Part shown: piece by piece, positions 48,762 to 60,492 of the stretch
Numbering within the stretch: position 1 is the stretch's first letter
Layout of the letters: every line of letters begins with the position of its first letter
Assembly (NCBI GenBank): GCA_049517415.1
Contig: JBEKSC010000004.1
Location: forward strand, 82,243-146,242
Length of the DNA stretch: 64,000 bases
Source of the DNA: Candidatus Bathyarchaeia archaeon
GTDB taxonomy: Archaea; Thermoproteota; Bathyarchaeia; 40CM-2-53-6
Direction: 5' to 3'
Notes under the pieces: model-generated
The model's database searches: none
Told to the model about the DNA's origin: nothing
What the model saw: the letters and a program-made list of their open reading frames with translations, nothing else
Made by a program: the position numbers and the translations under genes

Positions 48762-49763
48762 CTAGGTTTCATGGACTAGTGTTCTCTTTGCTGATAATGC
48801 CCAATCCGGATCCGCGAGCAACGCCCTACCAACAGCAACTAGGTCTACCCTGCCCTGCCTGATCGCTTGATCTGCAAAAGCGGGGTCCGTGATTCCGCCG
48901 ACGCCAATAACTGGCGCCTCCACCGCCTGTTTGATCTTTTCCGCCAAGGGCAAGAAATATCCTTGCGCGGTCATTCCCTCAGGTGCGGGGCCGATTAGGC
49001 CACCTGACACATCAACTATGTTGATTCCAGCCTGAACGAGTCTTTGGGCGAAACTTTGCGACTCGCCGATTGTAACCCCTTGTCCCTCACCGTCAGATGC
49101 GCCCAGACGATAGAGCACGAGAAAATCTGATCCCACCGTCTTTCTAACCTCCGCGACGATTTCAAGTGGGAATCGGATTCTGCCCTCAAAGGAGCCGCCG
49201 TACCCATCAGTCCTCCTGTTAGTCAGTGGGGAAGTGAATTGGTTCAACAAGTAGCCGTGGGCCCCGTGAACCTCAACAGCATCGAACTCCGCCTTACGCG
49301 CTCGCCCAGCAGCCTCGCCAAAGAGACGGACGAGACGCTGTATCTCATGCTCTTCCAGTTCCCTTGGAACCTCATATGATTCACCTGCTGCTATTGCGGA
49401 GGGACCAATCGGTTGATTGCCGCAGATACTACTACGAGCCATGCGGCCTGCATGAGTGATCTGGATACAAACGGGCGTTCCACTTGCATGAATCGATTTG
49501 ACCAGACGCGCCAGACCGTTGAGTAAAGTATCGTCATAGATCCCAAGTTGTCTGGAGGATAGCTTGCCATCTCTGGAGACATACGAATGCTCTACAATCA
49601 CGAGTCCCACTCCCGGTGCACGTCGCGTGTAGTGCGCGATTAGTCGGTCGGTTACTCTCCCCTCCATGTCCGCTAGGTCGTTGGCCATTGGAGGCAACAC
49701 TATTCGGTTTTTTAGCGTCAGATTACCAATCACTAGAGGATCAAAGAGCTTTGCCACAAACAA
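48762..49763 (-). CDS. NADH:flavin oxidoreductase (Old Yellow Enzyme family)
   Basis: LKNRIVLPPM; VEVHGAHGYLLNQF; NRRTDGYGGS. Confidence 0.95.
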   Translation of the reverse strand: MFVAKLFDPLVIGNLTLKNRIVLPPMANDLADMEGRVTDRLIAHYTRRAPGVGLVIVEHSYVSRDGKLSSRQLGIYDDTLLNGLARLVKSIHASGTPVCIQITHAGRMARSSICGNQPIGPSAIAAGESYEVPRELEEHEIQRLVRLFGEAAGRARKAEFDAVEVHGAHGYLLNQFTSPLTNRRTDGYGGSFEGRIRFPLEIVAEVRKTVGSDFLVLYRLGASDGEGQGVTIGESQSFAQRLVQAGINIVDVSGGLIGPAPEGMTAQGYFLPLAEKIKQAVEAPVIGVGGITDPAFADQAIRQGRVDLVAVGRALLADPDWALSAKRTLVHET

Positions 49764-51042
49764 TTCACCGGTTCCTCATCTTCCTTAGATTTCAAGATTT
49801 GATCAGCATGAGTCAAAAGTATTGCGCTTTGAAAATGCTTAAGCCAAGTAAGATTGCGATGAACGCTCCTCTTGAAATGACGGGATGTCATGCTACTGAG
49901 GCTACCTGTCAATCAGAGAGATTATTTCAAACGGGACGCACAAACCGGATGGATCACCATTCTGTGCACAACTAACGAGCCCACTCCGGGAGATTTGAAT
50001 TCCATAGACAGCCTAGGCTTAACCAGCGACGCTATGACAGAGCTTTTGCTGAATTACTAACAGCTTCAGAAATCGACGGCTATTCAAACTAACCTGGCAA
50101 AGAAGTAGGCTTCGAAGAATCATTTCATTTTCCGTGCCAACTGTTGCTTATCTGTACCGGTAAATTGGGGTCAGAATCCCCTGCCCCACCTCTGAAGTTG
50201 GTGAACCCAGTAATCTGGTCAACTTGAGTACATTCCAACATAACATTCATCAACAAGGAAGGAAGATCAAGCGTATCAAACTCTTCCTCAACGCTTCACG
50301 TTTGACGTTAAATCTCAGATCTTGTTCGCTCCCAAACTATTCTCTCATTGATGAATCATGTTTGAGATCGCCAGCCATTATTCCTAGCGATTTGTTAGTT
50401 CAGAGGTACACTCTAATCTTAGCTGAGGCGTCTTCAGATTCAAGCCTAGTTTAGGCGAAGATGCCCCAATGTGGCTTGTCCATTTGGGGCGGCTGGCGTG
50501 GAAATTTCTCACGCCGGCCACATTACAATCCGCTACTACAATTGTGAAGTGTGCGGCCGTAAATGGGAAAAACAAGTGGATGACGTGCGATAAATCCAAC
50601 CGTCTACGTTGAGGGGCGGCTGAAGTCCTGAAGCACATGATGAAGCAGCTCTTCACTTACTTTGCTTTCTTCTTTGGTTTCTTCTTTGCCTTCGGCAATG
50701 ATATCACGTGTAGACCGAAGGTCCCCATTGCGGGTTTAACACTTCCGACCGCCACGAAGTCCAGTCACATTTACCAGTGAATTGAAGTTGAAATCCCTTG
50801 CCCCATCTCTGAAGCAAGAGAGCCCATCCATGGTTGAGGTTTACCTTCAGCTGTTTAGTTTGTGAAGCATAATATCAGGATCGCTTCTTGCGCTACCTCA
50901 TAATAGGTTGGCGGACCGATTGTGATTTCATAGTGGTGGTGAGAATGCCTTTTTCGCATTCATTGAGCCCAAAAGGGCTCCTCAAAAAAAGTGGAGCAGG
51001 TTTGTGAGGTTTAGTAGCGCTGACGTTGCTCGATGTTTCTGC

Positions 51043-51141
51043 TTAACTGCAGTCTTTGTGGTAGCTCTTCTTCATCAGGAAGAAGCCTTTCTTGACCTCT
51101 TGCCCTGCAGGAATCTCTTTCCCACACTTAACACAATTCAC
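51043..51141 (-). CDS. 32-aa zinc-binding micro-protein
   Basis: MNCVKCGKEI...SYHKDCS (LIM-like half-domain). Confidence 0.55.
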   Translation of the reverse strand: MNCVKCGKEIPAGQEVKKGFFLMKKSYHKDCS

Positions 51142-51275
51142 GATTACAATTCCTCGCAGGTACCGCTGTTGGCGCACTGTATTAAGCCATTCCGATAACC
51201 TGAGAAGCCCGTGAGTCCATTTTTAGCGAATAAACATCTGCCGAGTAAAGCGGTAAAGTATTTGTGTTAGAAGAA

Positions 51276-51413
51276 ATGCAAATGTGGCAGGTTACAAGCT
51301 TGGTGTCCCCATTCGAAAAGGAAGGGCAACGATTTGTCTGCGATAAGTGTGGTTTCGAAACGAACAGTTCAGAAATCTTCCCTTTACACAAGAAGAACTG
51401 TCCCCAAGTTTAG
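51276..51413 (+). CDS. 45-aa zinc-finger micro-protein
   Basis: FVCDKCGF...LHKKNC. Confidence 0.5.
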   Translation: MQMWQVTSLVSPFEKEGQRFVCDKCGFETNSSEIFPLHKKNCPQV

Positions 51414-51508
51414 GTTACTCTGCCCGCACCATGAGTGCCTGCACAGAAAGCAGCGACGATTCAACTGAGGTCAAATTAGGGCCTGTTCTACTATTATGAT
51501 CCTTACGT

Positions 51509-51949
51509 GTGTGCATTACTGGTGTCATTCATCAGAAAGCGAGAAATAATGAAGTATGGATGTTTCAGTACATGTCCACTGAACCCAGTTTGCTCGATTT
51601 GTTCTACGATAAGAATGGGCGGCTAGGGGTATTTCGCAGGCAGGTAGAGGCCAACGTACTTGAACATCTTTCAGGTTATTCGATATTTTGCGAGTCAAAA
51701 CAGGCTAACGGTTTCGTTGCCTTCACCGAACGGTATGCTGACATGGATCTTTTGGGTGCTGACATTCCAGCTAATCGGAGCGGGATCATCTCACGTCTTC
51801 GCAATCAAGCGTTGAGTATTTTGCAGGCGAAGTCTATCAAGGCTCTTGCCAAACCATGCTTTGAGGTTAAAGTTGAACGTGACACGGGTATGGTAGGTTT
51901 TACGCTGACAATTTCCCTAGGGTTTTTCAATCCTGATAAGCCAGTGTGA
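51509..51949 (+). CDS. Hypothetical protein
   Basis: 146-aa ORF. Confidence 0.45.
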   Translation: MCITGVIHQKARNNEVWMFQYMSTEPSLLDLFYDKNGRLGVFRRQVEANVLEHLSGYSIFCESKQANGFVAFTERYADMDLLGADIPANRSGIISRLRNQALSILQAKSIKALAKPCFEVKVERDTGMVGFTLTISLGFFNPDKPV

Positions 51950-52139
51950 CCACAACCGTGCTTTGCGGCTGGTTTCTTTCTCAGTCTCATGGCCGCGCAA
52001 ACGCCCTTGCGATTGAGGGTGCCGCGATAATACAATCTAAGCCAGCAATAGTGCTCTTCTTAATCATCCGTCCAAGGGCTGAGGTTTGTAACCTCGAACT
52101 CTACTCAGCGATAATGCGTTAAGTAGCTCGCCTCGTTAC

Positions 52140-52331
52140 GTGGGGTGTGAACATCTCATGGCGAACAAAGCAGGCGCACAAAGTAACTGCGGAGAATGCG
52201 GCAAAGACTTAGTCGATAGGCCCGTCCGTAACTGGGGCAGATGTGAAACTTGCGAAGTTATGTTTTGTAAGAACTGCCTTCAAGTATTTCACAACTTGAA
52301 TTGTGAGAGTACACGAATAGCACCACACTAA
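52140..52331 (+). CDS. Small zinc-finger protein
   Basis: CGECG...CETC..FCKNC...H..C. Confidence 0.6.
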   Translation: MGCEHLMANKAGAQSNCGECGKDLVDRPVRNWGRCETCEVMFCKNCLQVFHNLNCESTRIAPH

Positions 52332-52712
52332 CGGCGCCCTCCGAAAATGGACATTGACAAATTGAGCGCCTAGGTTCATGCGGGAATGATTTGGTGACTT
52401 GAAAACATCTATTCGAAGCGGGACTCGTCTCAAGGAATATGGAAACGAATCCGTCTAGGATCACCAAGAATTAAATAACCTAGCAGGAGATTCTGCGCCA
52501 CAAAATGAAGCCTCTCAGCTTCATTATTACAACATCATATGGGCAGATGTGTCGTGTACTCTTAACATCCTTATCTCTAACGCAGCCCTATAGACTGTAT
52601 CAGTCATCTGGATGAATACTTCAGCCCGTGGGAACGAGGTCTGAAGTCGAACGACGCGCGTTGTACTGAAGTGATGGCTCGAGCGTAAAGCATAGTGTGA
52701 ATTGATGAAAAA

Positions 52713-53654
52713 ATGAGTACGAGTACGACAACCAGAAAGATAAGGAAAATCACGAATTGTCCAGAGTGCAGTGGCGCAAACCTCGTTGAAGATTATGATT
52801 TAGGGGAGGTAATCTGCCATGATTGTGGCCTTGTTCTGAGCGAGCATGCGTTGAATCAAGGGCCTGAGTGGCGTGCCTTTACCAAGGAGGAAAAAGACCA
52901 ACGTGGCCGCGTCGGTTTGCCGATTTCCTTCTCCATTCACGATAAGGGGCTCTCCACGGTTATTGATCGTGTGAATCGAGATGCTTCCGGTCGCCAACTT
53001 CCATTTGCTACAAGGTTACAGATGCTCCGCTTAAGGAAATGGCAGATCCGGACTAGAGTCCATTCATCGGCAGATCACAATCTGGCTCAAGCTATGGCTG
53101 AACTTGACCGCTTAGCAGATGTGCTTCACATTCCAGCCTCAATCAAAGAACGTGCCGCACTGGTTTACCGTAAGGCTCTCAGCAACGCGCTCGTGCGGGG
53201 ACGATCAATAGCCGCATTAGCCGCAGCCTCATTGTATGCAGCTTGCAGGATATCTGAAACTCCAAGGACATTGAAAGATGTCTCAGCCGCAAGCAGGATT
53301 CGCAAGAAAGATCTCGCAAGATGCTACAGACTGCTTGTAAGAGAACTCGACCTGCGCATGCCCGTTGTAGACCCAGTGAAGTGCATCTCAAAGATCGCTA
53401 CGAGAGTGGAGATTTCCATGATAACTCAACAGAGAGCAATTCGAATGATAAATGAAGCGAAGAAGAAAGGAATAGTCACGGGCAAAGAGCCGATGGGGCT
53501 TGCGGCTGCATCGCTCTACGTTGCATGCGTCTTGGAAGGAGAAAGGAAGACACAGAAGGAAATAGCTGAAGTTGCGAACGTGACCGAGGTCACTGTTCGA
53601 AACAGATACAAGGGACTTAAGGAAGCACTGAACATCATTTTCGCTGACACATGA
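52713..53654 (+). CDS. tfb: Transcription initiation factor B
   Basis: CPEC..CHDCG zinc ribbon; GPEWRAF; HDKGLST; VTEVTVRNRYK. Confidence 0.97.
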   Translation: MSTSTTTRKIRKITNCPECSGANLVEDYDLGEVICHDCGLVLSEHALNQGPEWRAFTKEEKDQRGRVGLPISFSIHDKGLSTVIDRVNRDASGRQLPFATRLQMLRLRKWQIRTRVHSSADHNLAQAMAELDRLADVLHIPASIKERAALVYRKALSNALVRGRSIAALAAASLYAACRISETPRTLKDVSAASRIRKKDLARCYRLLVRELDLRMPVVDPVKCISKIATRVEISMITQQRAIRMINEAKKKGIVTGKEPMGLAAASLYVACVLEGERKTQKEIAEVANVTEVTVRNRYKGLKEALNIIFADT

Positions 53655-54491
53655 TAATCGGAGAGAGAGTCGGACAGAATCACTTGTGCCGGCAAATTGG
53701 GGTCAAAATTCCTTGCCCCATCTCTGAAGCGGTTCAGGCCTTTCCTGAGTCGAGTTCTAAGGCTAGCGACGACTTGAGCCATAGATCAGGGCTACCATGA
53801 TTCGGTTTCAGGCAACTCCCATAGTCCTCACTATGTCAACTATGAGATACTTACGAAACTTGCCGGTCTTTCCAGCCTTATATAGAACCACGACGAGAGT
53901 ACGCAAAGTTAGTTGTCGAGAACGAGAGACGCGAGTCATTTACAACGATTGCCCGCATGTTCTTCTTCTTGTTGCAACTGACCGAACTCGCGGAAGTCCG
54001 AGGAAACAACCGAAGTCTTGTTCCCACAATGGGTCAATGACCGAGATGGAACCAGGTTTCCGCCATCATTCTTTGATGAAGAGGTGGGCGAAGTTGTTGG
54101 AGAACTTCGAAACTGTCACGGCCAATTATGTGTGAGCAAGTAGCGTAGTGCCTACTGCCGCAGAAATACGCGCTAGAACATCATTAATACTCACATTGAT
54201 GGGCAAAAAGTCCATTGAAAGTCAGAAAATCGCCTTTTCCAACTGCGGAACTAGCCCAGTACTGAAGACTAGGTTAGACTACCGCACTGAGCCTAGAGGA
54301 TTCTCCTAGCGCGAATTGTCAGCTCGATACTTGATCCCAGCAGAGGCTAGCGAGTTATATGTACCGGTAAGTTGGGGTCAGAATCCCCTCCCCCGCACCA
54401 TTAAACTCTCTTCCGATTGATTCTGCGCGTTGTGGTCCTTGTGGGGCCAAGAATAGAATCTGTATGCGTCGAGCCGGTCCTAGCCAGGAGT

Positions 54492-55070
54492 CTATCTCGT
54501 TACCGAACTTAGGATTTCATAAGTTCGAGAGATGTCCTCTCGGTTAACGACGATCAGTGTCTTGGTATAGCATGACACGAATTCTATCACATTGATTCCC
54601 TGCTCGGCGAGAATCGACGTTAGGTATGATACTACACCAGGGGTCCCTTCAATAAGTGGGGGGGATGTTACCACAAAAGTACCGCACAGTTCATGCGTCA
54701 AAAGCAAGCGCGATTTTGCTATTGCACCAGATTTGCTCATGAGATAAATGAAAACATTATCCAGACTTACGGCGACCTTGGCATTGAGGTCAACCGCTTT
54801 ACGTGATACGATTACCCGCAAGCCGTCTTCTATGCTTATGGTGCTTTGCCTTAGGACCTGGCGCACACTTTCTTCTCGTTTCTTCTTTTGCTTGCGAAGT
54901 TCATCAGCAAATCGACGTACGGCAGCCTTTATGGCAATGCGATTCGTGAGTTTGAGCTCTGAAGCAATCTTGTTGGACAGCGCACTCTGGTTTGCTATAT
55001 CCTCTTCGAGTGCTTCCAGAAGGTATGGTCGCTGCTTGAGAAGGGTCCTCACCTTGTCAGCAATTGGCAT
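54492..55070 (-). CDS. HTH + ACT-domain amino-acid-responsive regulator
   Basis: ANQSALS..AAVRR; TPGVVSYL..GINVIEFVSCYT; divergent from argG. Confidence 0.78.
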   Translation of the reverse strand: MPIADKVRTLLKQRPYLLEALEEDIANQSALSNKIASELKLTNRIAIKAAVRRFADELRKQKKKREESVRQVLRQSTISIEDGLRVIVSRKAVDLNAKVAVSLDNVFIYLMSKSGAIAKSRLLLTHELCGTFVVTSPPLIEGTPGVVSYLTSILAEQGINVIEFVSCYTKTLIVVNREDISRTYEILSSVTR

Positions 55071-55179
55071 ACTACAAATGTCTCATTTGATACATTTAAG
55101 TTTCAATTGGTAGCAACTGAGACGCTAACGATATAAGCCTACAAACAGTGGGCGTGTTACAGATAAGGAGCAGAACGCT

Positions 55180-55410
55180 ATGCAAGCGCAGGTAAATCTG
55201 AAGGAGATTCTGGCCAAGCTTACTACCACGATCAAGACCAGCTACACGCAGAATCCTGCTTTGGGTAACCCTCATCCGAAGTACGAGACTGACCCAGAGC
55301 CGATGGCAGCTGGCTTGCTTGCAATAAAAGAAGCAAGTTGCGAGGAATTAGACGACGAATACTTGCCAACATGTTGCCGGAATGGTAAACCGCACCGTCA
55401 CCCAGTGTGA
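55180..55410 (+). CDS. Hypothetical small protein upstream of argG
   Basis: 76 aa with AGGAG upstream. Confidence 0.45.
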   Translation: MQAQVNLKEILAKLTTTIKTSYTQNPALGNPHPKYETDPEPMAAGLLAIKEASCEELDDEYLPTCCRNGKPHRHPV

Positions 55411-55498
55411 GTATCGGAGCTTGTGGAAGTATTCTCTAAGATCATACTCGTTACTCGGTGCCCCTCCAACGTTTGGCGTTAATTAGCAGGTAATTTGC

Positions 55499-56785
55499 AT
55501 GGGAGACGAAGCGGAGGGTGAGAAGCTCGAAGTTGGCGACAAAACCAGTAAGAAAGTGGTTTTGGCGTACTCGGGCGGATTGGATACTTCTTGCATACTC
55601 AAGTGGCTTATTGACAGGGGCTACGACGTAATCTGCTACATGGCGGATGTTGGCCAGAAGGAGGACTTCGAAGCTGCGAAACAAAAAGCCCTCAAGATCG
55701 GCGCCAAGAAAGTGGTCATAAAGGATCTGAAGAAGGAGTTTGTCACCGATTACATTTTCCCCGCAATTCGCGCTAATGCGATTTACGAAAGCAGATATCT
55801 TCTTGGGACTTCGCTTGCAAGACCCCTGATCGCCAAGTACCAAATGGAAGTGGCTGAACAAGAAGGAGCAGCATACGTCGCACACGGCGCCACCGGCAAG
55901 GGCAATGACCAAGTGAGATTCGAGCTCACCTACTATGCGCTGAAACCAGAGATTAAGATAATCTCCCCCTGGAAGGACTCTGAGTTTTTGAGGCAATTCA
56001 AGGGCAGGGACGACCTCATGAATTATGCGAAGAAGAACGGCATTCCGATCATGCAGACGCACAAGAAACCCTATTCCGAGGATGAGAATCTGCTGCACAT
56101 CAGTCATGAGGCAGGCATATTGGAGGATCCAGCGCATGTGCCCGATGACAACATATACTCAAGAACTACCTCGCCAATGAAGGCACCGGACAAGATTACA
56201 ACGATAGTGGTACACTTCAAAGATGGAACTCCCGTTAAGATAGAGAACAAGAACAACGGCGCAGCGAAAACCGATCCACTGGAACTTTTCCTTTATGCGA
56301 ACCGGATCGGCTCTGAGAACGGAGTCGGAAGGATGGACATGGTGGAAAACAGATACGTCGGAATAAAGTCTAGAGGCTTGTACGAAACACCAGGCGGCAC
56401 CATACTCATGACTGCGCACAGGGATATCGAAGCAATAGCAATGGACAGAGAGGTCATGAGGCTGAAGGACATGCTCTCGCCTATCTATGCCGAGATCATT
56501 TACAACGGCTTCTGGTTCTCACCGGAAATGGACTTCCTCACAGCAGCCTTCAACAAGAGCCAGGAATACGTGGACGGCAAAGTCACGCTGCAGATCTACA
56601 AAGGCAACGTGTTCACCGTCGCAAGGGAATCACCCACCTCGCTCTACGACAAGAAGTTCGGCTCCATGCACGAGGCGGGAGGATTCGACCAGAAGGACTC
56701 AGTGGGCTTCATCAAAATAAACGCGATAAGACTGATGGCTCACAAGGCGATTCTAGACAAGATCAAAAAGAAAGGGAAGAAATAG
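55499..56785 (+). CDS. argG: Argininosuccinate synthase
   Basis: [35 protein letters not shown]. Confidence 0.98.
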   Translation: MGDEAEGEKLEVGDKTSKKVVLAYSGGLDTSCILKWLIDRGYDVICYMADVGQKEDFEAAKQKALKIGAKKVVIKDLKKEFVTDYIFPAIRANAIYESRYLLGTSLARPLIAKYQMEVAEQEGAAYVAHGATGKGNDQVRFELTYYALKPEIKIISPWKDSEFLRQFKGRDDLMNYAKKNGIPIMQTHKKPYSEDENLLHISHEAGILEDPAHVPDDNIYSRTTSPMKAPDKITTIVVHFKDGTPVKIENKNNGAAKTDPLELFLYANRIGSENGVGRMDMVENRYVGIKSRGLYETPGGTILMTAHRDIEAIAMDREVMRLKDMLSPIYAEIIYNGFWFSPEMDFLTAAFNKSQEYVDGKVTLQIYKGNVFTVARESPTSLYDKKFGSMHEAGGFDQKDSVGFIKINAIRLMAHKAILDKIKKKGKK

Positions 56786-57096
56786 CTTAGCTAACCGCGA
56801 ATAGTACGGAGCATCAAACTGCTCCTAGCCGGAGGATTATAGAACGGTTTTGCAGATAGCCCCCCTTATAGAAGACATAGCATCCCGCATCCAAAAGAGA
56901 ACACCACGACCTACAACCGCGCTCTCGACTTTGCATACGTGAGGCCAGTCTGGCGTCGGATCGGTGAACGGTCAAGCGTTTCGTCGAGTTACGTACCACA
57001 TTGGATCAACGAAATCGTCCCGATTGGTGTTGACAAACGTGACATATACGCGGTGTCGTGACTGAGTGGGTCTCAATCCTGAAAGAGGTAATGGAT

Positions 57097-58566
57097 TCAA
57101 ATTTTACTAATGACTGTAGAAAGTGCGTGAAGGCTTTTTCGTATGCTTCGATGGAGTTTCGATCTTTCCTCTTGGAGAGCTGTGCACTCTCGTTTTCTTC
57201 GCAGAATCGCATTCCTCATTTCTCTTGGGTTGGGGCTTCCTTTCGTTTGATAGGTCAGCAGATGTGCCTTCAAGTCCAATGCACGCGCCATCAGAGAAAT
57301 TGTTCGCGCTTTGATTCTTCTATGCAGATGTCCTTCCCAATCCTTTCGGCTAAAACCCTTCAGAGTTTTCGATTGCTGAAGAGCACTTCTGACTGCTGAA
57401 CCCACGACGTGATGTGCGAGCCGAAATTGTATTCCTTCCTCTCTTACAAGCACGTTTGCGATCTCGGTGGCTGCGGTGAATTCGAGGTATTGTCTTACAG
57501 CGATTTCTTTGTCTACCTCAATTCTAGGGATCAATTCAGTCATTATATGGAGACATGATTTAAGTTCATCAATTGATTGCCAACACAATGGGGTAATTTC
57601 TTGAAAATCCAGGTTGTATCCAGAAGGCAATCCATGTAGAACTGTAGACGCCCCGCTAAGATTGCCTGTAATTCTGGCGCACTTCGCTCTCACTAACTCT
57701 AGTGAGTCGGGATTCTTTTTTTGGGGCATAATGCTGCTTGTGGAGGCGAATTCATCTGGAAGCGTGATGAGGCCCGCTTCAACCGAGCCATAGAGGATGA
57801 GATCCTGAGCTATTCGTGACATGTCTGAGGCTATCAAGGCGCAAACACAAAGCGTCTCGAGAACGAAGTCTCTACTTCCAACCGCGTCCAAGGAGATTTC
57901 CATCAATCCGTTGAAACCGAGCAGGCTCGCGATCAAGTTTCTATTGAGTCTAAAGCTGGTTCCGGCGAGAGCCGCTGCACCCATAGGAGAGCAGTTGATT
58001 CGACTATAAGCCTCCATGATTCGATGACTGTTCCTCAGCAAGGAATCCACGTTAGCCACGAGGTAATGAGCAAAGCTGATTGGTTGCGCGGGTTGAAGGT
58101 GAGTGTAGCCGGGGAAGACAGTTTCGGTATGTTTCTCCGCCAACCTCAACATTGTACTTACCAATGAGAGGAGGTTGCTGGAGAGTTCTAGTATCTCTTC
58201 ACGGAGGACCATCCTGATGGCGGTGGTTACTTGGTCGTTCCTGCTCTTTCCGAGGTTAAGTAGGCCGCCGATGTTAGGTCCCGTGTCCTTGATCACGCTT
58301 TCCTCAATGAATACGTGAACATCCTCGAGTTCACGTTTCGGTATCCTCTGTCCTTCAAGTTGTCTTAATGACTTGAGAATCTTGCGAGCTTTATTCCGAG
58401 GTATGACGTGAGCTTTTGTGAGGGCAATTACATGCGCCTCATTGATTAGAATCGTTGATCGTGCTATTCGCCTGTCATCCTCGAAGGACGATATGAAATT
58501 AATCACATTTTTGTTGGCGGCGCCTAACCTTCCGCCTTTCAGCAACGAGGACATTTCTGATTTCAC
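57097..58566 (-). CDS. argH: Argininosuccinate lyase
   Basis: GKSRNDQV; PGYTHLQPAQP; TSSIMPQKKNPD. Confidence 0.97.
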   Translation of the reverse strand: MKSEMSSLLKGGRLGAANKNVINFISSFEDDRRIARSTILINEAHVIALTKAHVIPRNKARKILKSLRQLEGQRIPKRELEDVHVFIEESVIKDTGPNIGGLLNLGKSRNDQVTTAIRMVLREEILELSSNLLSLVSTMLRLAEKHTETVFPGYTHLQPAQPISFAHYLVANVDSLLRNSHRIMEAYSRINCSPMGAAALAGTSFRLNRNLIASLLGFNGLMEISLDAVGSRDFVLETLCVCALIASDMSRIAQDLILYGSVEAGLITLPDEFASTSSIMPQKKNPDSLELVRAKCARITGNLSGASTVLHGLPSGYNLDFQEITPLCWQSIDELKSCLHIMTELIPRIEVDKEIAVRQYLEFTAATEIANVLVREEGIQFRLAHHVVGSAVRSALQQSKTLKGFSRKDWEGHLHRRIKARTISLMARALDLKAHLLTYQTKGSPNPREMRNAILRRKRECTALQEERSKLHRSIRKSLHALSTVISKI

Positions 58567-58935
58567 ACAGCCGTGGCAGAGAGGATGTTTGAGTTTAGCT
58601 TTTCTGCGGTCGAAGCAAGCACGCTTGAAAAGTGTGTGTGGGTCAGCTGGTGCTGGCGACCAGACTTGAATCGGCTTATACGTACCGGTAAGTTGGGGTC
58701 AGAATCTGAACCACATCTGAGGGTAACGCCGCGAAGTGGATTATGAGGGTTCAAACGAGGGTGCAAAGTTAAAACCCCGCACCAAACCCACAAGGCTAAG
58801 CTTGCTAGGAAACGACTCAAGCCGTTGGAAAACAGGACCAAGAACATAGAAATCGTCGACCCTATGACTGAGAGAATGGCGATAGAAACAATCTCGAAAC
58901 TGTAAAGCTAATGAGACTAGGTCTGAGCTTGAGGC

Positions 58936-59553
58936 TTGAAATCCATGAAGATTGTGGCCTTTGGGGACAGTCTGACGGTTGGAGAAACCGGCTTCTCTGA
59001 TTCTGATGAATTCGTCCCTTACCCGAAATATCTTGAGACCCTCGCTAAACAGCATCTGAGCAGCCTCCAATCAGGTTTGGAGGTTAACGTGCTGAACAGG
59101 GGAATTAACGGTGATCTGACCTCGGGTATGCTTGAAAGGTTCTCGAGGGACGTGGTTGATGAGAATGCGGATTACGTGGTCATACTTGGAGGAGCCAATG
59201 ACTTAGGTTGGGGTTTTGATCCGGCAATGGTCGCCCACAACTTGACTACCATGTACGATGCTGCTCTGAAGAAGGGCATTGTGTCCGTGGCATGCTCGGT
59301 GCCATCGATTCTTGGATTCGACGCGCTTATCCCTCCCAGACTCCAGCTTAACAGACTGATCCGTACGGAAGCAGAGAAGAGAAGCATACGATTCGTGGAC
59401 TTTTTCACGGCAACTGCCGACCCACGGACCAATAGGCTCTCAGAGGATTACTCTGCCGACGGGCTTCACCTAAACACAAAGGGTTACCAGGAAATGGGCA
59501 GATACATGTTCGAGAAATGGTTGAGGGCACTCCTGGACCAACATACAACGTAG
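58936..59553 (+). CDS. SGNH/GDSL hydrolase
   Basis: FGDSLT; GINGD; GGAND; DGLH. Confidence 0.93.
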   Translation: MKSMKIVAFGDSLTVGETGFSDSDEFVPYPKYLETLAKQHLSSLQSGLEVNVLNRGINGDLTSGMLERFSRDVVDENADYVVILGGANDLGWGFDPAMVAHNLTTMYDAALKKGIVSVACSVPSILGFDALIPPRLQLNRLIRTEAEKRSIRFVDFFTATADPRTNRLSEDYSADGLHLNTKGYQEMGRYMFEKWLRALLDQHTT

Positions 59554-59730
59554 CCTCTTGTTGTGACTTGGGGGAGCCGGTAAGTTGGGGTCAGAATCCC
59601 CTCCCCCACACAGAACACGAAACGTCATAGGATTTCACTCCGATTACTTTGCAAAGAACTCGGCCCTTAGTTTACCGACGAGTTTACAAACTCTCGGATA
59701 CCATTGAATTCTTGAACCGTGTAATCGACC

Positions 59731-60234
59731 TTGAATTTTCGAATATATTCCATCAGGTATGGATTTACTCAGCATTTCACTGTCCCAGCGAGAAAGGCAT
59801 ACGACTGGTGCACCGACTACAAGCCATACGACCTGTCACTGATGCGCCTGGAGGGCAGTAGGAGAATTCGAAAACTTACTGACGATGCCATCCTTCTGAG
59901 TGGAACTACTTTCGCCAACGGGAAAGCCGTTAAGAAGACTAAACTGGTTCGCCTTAACCGAAGACGCTTGTCCTGGTCAAACACGCATCTATCCGGCCCC
60001 TTCCTTAACTCACAATTCCTGTACCAAATGTCTCCTGTCGGAAAGAACCGATCGAAATTGAAATTCGACGGATTACTATTAGTCTATTCCCCCGTAAGGC
60101 TTAGTCGCGACAAAATTAGGCGGATAGCCAAACAGGAAAGGCAGCAGGATTCAACTTCCTGGCGTCACCTCGCCAAGGCGATGGCAGAAGAAGTAAGAAA
60201 GATCAGTTTTCAGAAATTCATGAACTCAAATTAG
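59731..60234 (+). CDS. Hypothetical protein (possible SRPBCC fold)
   Basis: VPARKAYDWCTDY; C-terminal helix. Confidence 0.6.
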   Translation: MNFRIYSIRYGFTQHFTVPARKAYDWCTDYKPYDLSLMRLEGSRRIRKLTDDAILLSGTTFANGKAVKKTKLVRLNRRRLSWSNTHLSGPFLNSQFLYQMSPVGKNRSKLKFDGLLLVYSPVRLSRDKIRRIAKQERQQDSTSWRHLAKAMAEEVRKISFQKFMNSN

Positions 60235-60255
60235 GCTAACTATCATAATTCAGCC

Positions 60256-60477
60256 TTGACAGAAGCGGGCGACCTAATCATGTCTATTGCCGAAAAATCC
60301 ATCGACCACATCTGGGGTAGACTGGAGGTAATCCTAGGCAAGAGGAAAGGTCGGAGGCCAGATCTGGAGACCACACTGTACAAGTCTGTAGGGCTGGCTC
60401 TTCAAGACGTGTCGACTGCAAGCGTAGTATACGAGAAGGCTGTGCAACACGAAAAGGGATCCAATGCAAAGATCTGA
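60256..60477 (+). pseudogene. 3' remnant of an ornithine cyclodeaminase-family gene
   Basis: EAGDL...YKSVGLALQDVSTA, homologous to the C-terminus of 46331-47323. Confidence 0.8.
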
Positions 60478-60492
60478 AACGCAGCGTAGGGG

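Larger units (their letters stand above)
47624..59611 (+). repeat. Seven dispersed att-like direct repeats ending in the tRNA-Leu 3' sequence
   Basis: Consensus TACCGGTAARTTGGGGTCAGAATCCCCT(C/G)CCCC at 47624, 50155, 50772, 53687, 54362, 58683 and 59577; 54381-54402 is identical to 36747-36768. Confidence 0.92.

Noticed and set aside
47624..59611. CRISPR array made of the ~40-bp repeats
   Set aside because: Spacing is 0.6-4.3 kb, most intervals contain whole genes, and no cas genes are present
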